A program made the position numbers and the translations under genes. Of a DNA stretch of 6,012 nt, positions 1 to 6,012 are shown in pieces (position 1 is the first letter of the stretch; the number at the start of each line of letters is the position of its first letter). The DNA is from Octopus sinensis (taxonomy: Eukaryota). The notes below the pieces were generated by a model. The model was not told the origin of the DNA, made no database searches, and worked only from the letters and a program-made list of their open reading frames with translations. The DNA is taken from positions 1 through 6,012 of the forward strand of contig NW_021829692.1 of assembly GCF_006345805.1 (NCBI RefSeq). The letters run 5' to 3'.

Positions 1-165
1 TCGGTTATATCGACGCCAGTGCGTAACTGGTACTTATTAATCAACCCCGAAAGGATGAAAGGCAAAGTCGACCTCGGCGGAATTTGAACTCAGAACGTAG
101 CGGCAGACGAAATACCGCTAAGCATTTCGCCCGATGTCCTAACGATTCTGCCAGGTCGCCGCCTT
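1..165 (-). mobile_element. tRNA-derived SINE, family A, copy 1 (3' part runs off the window)
   Basis: Minus strand starts GGCGGCGACCTGGCAGAATCGTTAG. A-box-like TGGCAGAATCGTTAG at 139-153 and B-box GAGTTCAAATTCC at 79-91. Aligns by eye with 264-485 and 694-866 (CCCCGAA..GATGAAAGGCAAA.TCGACCTCGG.GGAATTTGAACTC). Resembles abundant Octopus SINEs (recall). Confidence 0.9.
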
Positions 166-263
166 TTATTTTTTTATACTCATTATATAGCTGAATATAT
201 ATTTTTTTTTTTCACCAACACCTGCGTGTAGGCGCTTCCTCGGGTGAAATATGATTGTTCTCA

Positions 264-485
264 TATATTCTTTTCTACTCTAGGCACAAGGCCCGAAATT
301 TGGGGAGATAGGAGCCAGTCGATTAGATCGACCCCAGTACGCCAATGGTACTTAATTTCTCGACCCCGAATAAGATGAAAGGCAAACTCGACCTCGGTGG
401 AATTTGAACTCAGAACGTAAAGACAAACCAAGTACCAGTAAACATTTCTCCCGGCATGCTAACGCTTCTGCCAGTTCGTCACCTT
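264..485 (-). mobile_element. tRNA-derived SINE, family A, copy 2 (approximately full length, ~220 bp)
   Basis: Colinear with copy 1. B-box GGAATTTGAACTC at 399-411 and A-box region at 459-473. The 3' end on the minus strand reads CCTTGTGCCTAGAGTAGAAAAGAATA. Confidence 0.9.
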
Positions 486-693
486 AAACACCCACATATA
501 ATGGTAGAATTTCCTGTAGTAAACGACGGATGGCGGTTCCGCAAATTCTTCCTGAAGAGCAGCACAAATGATTTGTTTATAGAAACCAAATTCTTGTGTT
601 ATTCCATACGTCAAACCCACCGCTAAATCGACATAGCATGGAAAGGTGGCACACTGTGCCACACGTCAAATGTGGAAATGAATTTTAAGGTTC

Positions 694-866
694 GAGTCGA
701 TTACAACGACCTTAGGTCTTGGCTGGTGCTTTATTTTTTTCGACCCTGAATGGATGAAAAGCAAAGCTGACCTTGGCCAGATTTGAACTCGGAACGTGAA
801 GGTCCAGAAGTAATGCCAATAAATATTTTGTCCGACGTGCTAACGATTCTGCCAACTCACCACCTT
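694..866 (-). mobile_element. tRNA-derived SINE, family A, copy 3 (more diverged)
   Basis: CGACCCTGAATGGATGAAAAGCAAAGCTGACCTTGGCCAGATTTGAACTC...GCTAACGATTCTGCCAACTCACCACCTT matches copies 1 and 2 with more substitutions. The left boundary is approximate. Confidence 0.85.
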
Positions 867-872
867 AGATAC

Positions 873-1222
873 TCACACACACACACACGCATACACATAT
901 GCATGCATACATATACACATATGCACACATACGCACATACATGCATGCATACATACAGACACATACATACATGCATGCATGCATACACACATACATAAAA
1001 CACATACACACACAATACATGCATACATACATATATATATATACGCATACATACACACATATATATATATATATATGCATGCATACACACATCCATACAT
1101 ACACGCGCGCGCGCGCGCACACACACACATACATGCATACATAAATACATACATCATACATACATACATACATACATACATACATACATACTTACATACA
1201 TTACATACATAGATACATACAT
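873..1222. repeat. Compound microsatellite (CA)n/(TACA)n/(TA)n/(CG)n
   Basis: Directly visible; includes a CG run at 1104-1118. Confidence 0.97.
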
Positions 1223-1225
1223 GTG

Positions 1226-1271
1226 TTCTGGGGTACCTTATTGCTCCAGGGCTCTAGAAGGTACCCCAGAA
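1226..1271. repeat. Perfect 14-bp inverted repeat with 18-nt spacer
   Basis: TTCTGGGGTACCTT (1226-1239) and AAGGTACCCCAGAA (1258-1271). Confidence 0.85.
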
Positions 1272-1927
1272 ATCCTTATATTCACTTCAGCACTGAAGCA
1301 AAGGTCTTTTTACTTCTAGAATATCGTAAACCAAAAAGTGACATTAGGACCATCCTTTCACATCAGGGTTTCCGCTTTTACCCATTTTCCAAAAAACTTG
1401 CTGGGATGCTGTCCTTCCCTCTAGGCCCTCAACTTTCTTTGCAAGTGTTAGATCAAAAAATTGATGAGGGCTTGATCGAACACAAAAACTGTCTGTCTTT
1501 AATCCTTGAAATCAGCTCCACATATGATCTGTTTTTTTGCCATAAATGCCAGGCAGAAGAAAAGTGCCTGAAATTTCTTACCAAAACCAAAATGGACGGA
1601 TGAGGGTTACAACGGAATTAACCGTCCTACACGTTGCAAACCGGTGCTAAACATAAAACTATAAGGTAGTAAATATCGAACCATGAATGAAAGCGTGTGA
1701 AAATGGGTCAAGATTTCGTCACTAAGCGAGCATTTTGGACAGGTGTTGCTAACCACAGAAACGTTTGACTGCTAAAGCTCACCTGTAGCACACCCAGACC
1801 AAGGTCTTTTAGTAATTGTCCATACCTCCACTGCTCCTATTTCTTCCACTTGGTCACTACATAAATAAACACGCATCCGCGCGCGTTTAGACATGAAGAA
1901 TATATAACAGAAATGTAAAATTTATAC

Positions 1928-2080
1928 GGTTCAGTGGTAAGAAGCTTGCTTCCCAACCACTTGGTTTCGGGTTCAGTTTCATTGCAGGGTACCTAAATCA
2001 AGTGTCTTATACTTTAACCACGGGCCGACCAAAGCTTTGTGAGTGAGTTTGGTAAGCGAAAACTGAAAGAAGCCCGTTGT
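1928..2080 (+). mobile_element. tRNA-derived SINE, family B, 5' half (diverged), running into a (TA)n tract
   Basis: GTGGTAAGAAGCTTGCTTCCCAACCACTTGGTTTCGGGTTCAG...CAAGTGTCTT aligns with 5851-5923 and with the reverse complement of 5656-5753. It continues GGGCCGACCAAAGC...AACTGAAAGAAGCCCGTTG into TA repeats. Confidence 0.85.
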
Positions 2081-2110
2081 ATATATATAAAATATATAAA
2101 AATATATAAA

Positions 2111-2170
<60 letters not shown>

Positions 2171-2173
2171 TTA
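2080..2173. repeat. (TA)n / TATATAAAA microsatellite, left flank of the Helitron
   Basis: Directly visible. Confidence 0.95.
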
Positions 2174-2200
2174 TCTGTATATTAAAACTGAGAATGTGTT

Positions 2201-2220
2201 CTGTCTGTCTGTCTGTGTGT
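2201..2220 (+). repeat. (CTGT)n microsatellite in the Helitron 5' subterminal region
   Basis: CTGTCTGTCTGTCTGTGTGT, 27 nt from the 5' TC. Invertebrate Helitrons such as Lep1 are known to carry a similar tract. Confidence 0.75.
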
Positions 2221-2574
2221 TTCCCTAAAACTTGAGAACTACACAACCAATTTCATTCAAATTTTGCACATGCCTTACTTAAGGTCCGGGGAGTGTCATG
2301 TTAACTTTTTCCCTAGGGTGACCCCACAGCAATATCTTCTCCACTATTTCAGTATTACGTGTTAAAAGTGAAACAAAAACATCTCTCTATTGTAATGCAG
2401 ACACTTTCATTTTAATACTGAAACTATTAAAATGAAAGTATTATATAACAGTGATGAACCATTAATAGTGGTCATCCATTTTGTTAGAAGAAGATCCGCT
2501 ATGGTCTTATATGCTACACCACTGGTTTTCAATTCATATTAATCAAATTAATATTCAATTTTTCACCCTTATTA

Positions 2575-2597
2575 TGTGTGTGTGTGTGTGTGTGTGT
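2575..2597. repeat. (GT)n microsatellite inside the Helitron
   Basis: Directly visible. Confidence 0.9.
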
Positions 2598-3064
2598 ATT
2601 AGCAATTCATATAAAATTGCATCAATAACTTGAACTTGAATAAGTGGTTTCACATAAATGGGGATACATTAAAAAGGTTTGTTGTTATTATTATTACTGT
2701 TTGACTATTGTAATCACGTTTGTTGGTTCCTCGTCAGGGAAACGTTGTTGTGTTGCATTTGTTAAATAATTGTAAACCGTAACCCTCCCCCTTTCGGAGA
2801 AGGGGCTTTGGTTATTGTTTGAAAATTGAATTGTGTCCCTGTTTGGGAAAATTGACAATATTTTCACCGTCTTTACGAAAGCATTTTTGTTAAAATGCCT
2901 TCGATAGAAGAAAGTCCAAAAATGAATTTCGCTGCAGTCGTACACTTCTATACAAGAGGGAGGACAAGATCCAATTGATCGAAATTGCAAGAGACGGGCC
3001 TACAATTCCAGTCTGTTATATATTTTGAGCATTGTTATCACTAGCGATATCAAGATATAACTTT

Positions 3065-4972
3065 GTTCATGGATACCCTGGCATTAAGTTTCACACTTGC
3101 CTTGGGCGAGTATACACAGTACATCCCACTCAACAAGAGTGCTTCTACCTTCGTCTACTGCTGCATGAGATCAGAGGGCCAACGTCTTTCCAGGCCCTAA
3201 AAACCGTTCATGGACATGTCTGCACAACATACAGAGAAGCCTGCTATCGACAAGGTCTGTTAGAAGATGGTGCACAATGGGATGCAACTTAAGAAGAGGC
3301 TGCTTTATCACAATCACCTAAAAGTCTCAGGGCACTATTTGCAGTATTACTACAGGCATGCGAACTGTGTGATCCGGCCACTCTATGGCTCAAATATAGA
3401 GACAACCTGGCTGAAGACTTTCAGCGCCAAGCTCAACTGCTCTATCCTGACATGGAGGGTACCAGCAATGAAATCTATAACAAAACACTCATTGACATTG
3501 AAGACAGAATTGCTAAAATGGGTGGAAATGAATTGTCGAAGTATGGCCTGCCACAAGCATTCAGGTCAGGGTCAAATAGCCTTCCCACTGCTGTCATTCG
3601 TGAAACAACCTACGACACTCAAGCGCTTTCAAAGTACATTGTTGAAAATGAGCCTAAATTACTTCCAGACCAGCTGCAGGCCTACAGAACTATTCTTAAC
3701 AGTGTACGCCAACGCGAGGGACGAATCTTCTTCCTCGATTTTTCTGGAGGGACAGGAAAAACATTTATTACAAAGCTACTCCTTGCAGAAGTTAGGCAGC
3801 ATCAGAACATTGCAGTAGCTGTAGCCTCCTCTGGCATTGCAGCTACTTTGTTACCCGGTGGCAGGACAGCACGCTCAACTTTTAAACTCCCTCTCAATTT
3901 AGCAGCATCCGAAATGCCTTCATGCAACATCAACAAAAGCTCTGATCAGGGACAAGTACTTAAAATGTGTCATCTAATTGTCTGGGATGAGTGCACTATG
4001 GCTCACAAGGGAGCTTTGGAAGCATTAGATAGAGCCCTGAAAGACATCCGAGACTGTCAGGCTCCAATGGGAGGTGTAACGCTTCTGTTGTCAGGTGATT
4101 TCAGGCAAACTCTTCCTATCATTCCGAAAGGCCCTAGAGCAGATGAAGTCCAAGCATGCCTAAAGTCCTCTACCCTGTGGCATCATGTTACAATCCTCAG
4201 TCTCACCACTAACATGAGAGCTCAGGACATTTTGACACTTGGTGAAGGCAAGATGCCTCACGATGCTGCAGGACAAATGGAAATATGGTCATTTTCCTCT
4301 GTTGTTAATTCTGTAGATGACCTCAAAAACAAAGTCTTTCCCAACTTCACGCAAAACGACTAAAATCACAATTGGCTGTGTGAAAGAGCAATATTAGCTC
4401 CAAAAAACGTCGCTGTTAACAAAATTAATCAACAGCTAATGCATTCTCTTCCCGGCACTATACACACTTACAAGTCTGTTGATACAATTCCAGATATAAA
4501 TGAAGTTGTGAACTATCCTCCTGAATTTCTCAATTCACTGGAGCCTCCTGGACTACCTCCACACATATTAGCACTTAAAGTTGGAACTCCTGTAATGCTA
4601 CTCCGCAATCTGGAACCACCAACACTTTGCAATGGAACACGACTGGTGATAAAGAAAATGATGTCACACGTTATCGAGGCGATCATTCTTTCTGATGACG
4701 TCTTTATTCCAAGATTTCCTCTTACTCCATCAGGAGCAGAAATTCCATTTACATTCAGAAGACTGAAATTCCCCCTTCGTGTCAGCTTTGCCATGTCCAT
4801 TAACAAATCTCAGGCTCAAACCCTTTCTGTAGCTGGTCTTCTCTTGGAAGAGCCCTGCTTCTCGCATGGACAACTGTATGTTGACTGCTCAAGAGTAGGA
4901 ACCAAAAGAAACCTTTTTGTATATGCTCCACAAGGAAAAACAAGGAACATTGTTTATAACGAGGTGTTATAA
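3065..4972 (+). pseudogene. Helitron RepHel C-terminal half: linker plus Pif1-like SF1B DNA helicase, 5'-truncated, two premature stops
   Basis: ORFs 3032-3292, 3452-4363 and 4439-4972 share one frame, broken only by TAA at 3290-3292 and 4361-4363. The gaps translate as conserved sequence (EEAALSQSPKSLRALFAVLL...; NHNWLCERAILAPKN). Motifs: GRVYTVHP..ECFYLRLLLH..GPTSF (Helitron linker), Walker A GGTGKT (3746-3763), ASSGIAATLL.GGRT, Walker B IVWDE (DE at 3986-3991), GDFRQ (4094), MLLRNL..LCNGTR, FAMSINKSQ, FSHGQLYV..SRV, and C-terminal NIVYNEVL. Confidence 0.93.
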
Positions 4973-5054
4973 TCTCAACAGCCAGGAGGTATATACATGA
5001 TCCCCTTTTATTTTAACAAACTTCATGTACTTTCATGTATTTATATTAATATAA

Positions 5055-5139
5055 ATATATATATATATGTATGTGTGTGTGTGTGTGTATGTGTGTGTGT
5101 GTGTGCGTGAGTGTCCATATATATAATATATATATATAT
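5055..5139. repeat. Compound (AT)n(GT)n-GCGTGAGTGTCC-(AT)n microsatellite inside the Helitron 3' region
   Basis: Directly visible. Confidence 0.9.
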
Positions 5140-5175
5140 TACAGAAAAGTCTAATTCTTCAATTGAATGTATGTA

Positions 5176-5202
5176 ACCTGGCAACGCCGGTATCTCTGCT
5201 AG
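5176..5202 (+). terminator. Helitron 3' rolling-circle termination signal (hairpin plus CTAG)
   Basis: ACCTGGCAACGCCGGT forms a 6-bp stem with one bulged T and is followed by ATCTCTG and CTAG, then T. Confidence 0.85.
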
Positions 5203-5226
5203 TATATATATATATATATATATATC

Positions 5227-5286
<60 letters not shown>

Positions 5287-5293
5287 GGTGTCC

Positions 5294-5324
<31 letters not shown>

Positions 5325-5350
5325 TATATATGTTATACTAAATATATATA
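5203..5350. repeat. (TA)n(GT)n-GCGTGTGGTGTCC-(AT)n microsatellite, right flank of the Helitron
   Basis: Directly visible. Confidence 0.95.
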
Positions 5351-5655
5351 TTAGATTCAGTTGGATTAGGTATTGGATTTGAGGCACCTTGTTAGGATGA
5401 ACTTCTTTGCATATTCAGACAGTATTAGGTAATTCTCAAACTCTACATAGAATTCATTCCTCCCGACATTCGTGCAATGTATGCAGATGGCACGATCCAG
5501 CTTAGTGAATAAATCCGTTCTTGTTTGTTCAGACATTTACTTAATATGAAGATACTTTGCAAATAATTCCAAAGTGCAGATTTCAGGCTTGACGAGTAAA
5601 ACATAAATGAATAACAAAGATGTATAGACCTTTGTTACTCGTTCATATTATATAC

Positions 5656-5753
5656 AGTAGAAGACACTTGCCCAAGGTGCATTGCAGTGGGGCTGAACCC
5701 AGAACCATGTGGTTGGTAAGCAAGCTACTTACCACACAGCCACTCCTGCGCCT
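5656..5753 (-). mobile_element. tRNA-derived SINE, family B, head only
   Basis: The reverse complement reads AGGCGCAGGAGTGGCTGTGTGGTAAGTAGCTTGC...GGGTTCAGCCCCAC...CCTTGGGCAAGTGTCTTCTACT. It has A and B boxes and is 83/90 identical to 5834-5923 by manual count. Confidence 0.9.
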
Positions 5754-5833
5754 GTATAAGAATAATAAATTTGTACTCTACAGAAGAATGGAGTACCTCA
5801 TCAGATTAATGTAAAATTGTTTTTATTATAACC

Positions 5834-6012
5834 GGCGCAGGAGTGGCTGTGTGGTAAGTAGCTTGCTAACCAACCACATGGTTCCGGGTTCAGTCCCACT
5901 GCGCGGCACATTGGGCAAGTGTCCGATAGAAAAGAGACCGATAGAATAAGTACTGGGCTTACAAAGAATAAGTCCCGGATCGATTTGCTCGACTAAAGGC
6001 GGTGCTCCAGCA
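5834..6012 (+). mobile_element. tRNA-derived SINE, family B, internally deleted copy (runs off the window)
   Basis: A-box TGGCTGTGTGGT at 5844-5855 and B-box GGTTCAGTCC at 5887-5896. TTGGGCAAGT resembles the CORE-SINE motif. It departs from the other two copies after 5923 and continues in sequence I recall as this family's 3' portion. Confidence 0.88.

Larger units (their letters stand above)
2174..5202 (+). mobile_element. Helitron (rolling-circle transposon), internally deleted non-autonomous derivative
   Basis: The 5' end is A(2173)|TCTGTATATTAAAA, followed by (CTGT)n. The 3' end has a GC hairpin ACC(T)GGC-AAC-GCCGGT (5176-5191), a 7-nt spacer, then CTAG (5199-5202)|T. Insertion between A and T with no TSD is the Helitron rule. 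It encloses a Helitron-type Pif1 helicase frame. The 5' boundary is less certain than the 3'. Confidence 0.88.

Noticed and set aside
1-866. Repeat-spacer pattern suggestive of CRISPR or tRNA genes
   Set aside because: Repeats are 165-220 bp, diverged and irregularly spaced. They have Pol III boxes but no evident cloverleaf, so they are SINEs.
783-1212. Six overlapping ORFs rich in H/T/Y/I or V/C/M/Y
   Set aside because: They are translations of the CA/TACA microsatellite, not genes.
1223-1603. 126-aa plus-strand ORF
   Set aside because: GTG start, no recognisable domain and no supportable splice structure; probably a chance ORF.
2007-2246. 79-aa minus ORF (also 5041-5295 and 5620-5814)
   Set aside because: These run through TA/GT microsatellites or SINE sequence.
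2787-2805. Hairpin CCCCTTT-CGGA-GAAGGGG as an internal Helitron terminator
   Set aside because: Short stem with no CTRR at the expected distance downstream.
2694-2990. 98-aa minus ORF as a captured gene fragment in the Helitron
   Set aside because: Non-ATG start and no recognisable motifs; cannot be supported without a search.
3267-3818. 183-aa alternative-frame ORF, and antisense ORF 4513-4806
   Set aside because: Shadow frames of the helicase; all conserved motifs lie in the main frame.
3452-4972. Host PIF1 gene or domesticated helicase
   Set aside because: Intronless, has a Helitron-specific linker, is enclosed by Helitron termini, and carries stops and motif damage.
5592-5642. Two alternative 8-bp stems (ACGAGTAA/TTACTCGT; TAACAAAG/CTTTGTTA)
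   Set aside because: Short AT-rich stems with no other support; plausibly chance.

Overview
AT-rich, repeat-dominated eukaryotic non-genic or intronic DNA. From recall of the SINE sequences it is most likely an octopus (coleoid cephalopod); no database was searched. The centrepiece is a ~3.03-kb Helitron (2174-5202, +) with both termini recognisable: A|TC at the 5' end, and a GC hairpin plus CTAG|T at the 3' end. It is internally deleted: the Rep/HUH nuclease is missing and only the linker plus Pif1-type SF1 helicase remain, as one reading frame with two TAA stops. It sits in the (TA)n tract of a tRNA-derived SINE. The rest is two tRNA-derived SINE families (three copies each), long CA/TA microsatellites and a few palindromes. 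No host gene is supportable, and I see no convincing evidence for a new biological system. The best leads are the helicase-only Helitron, a microsatellite cassette duplicated across its 3' end, and a near-perfect inverted SINE pair.
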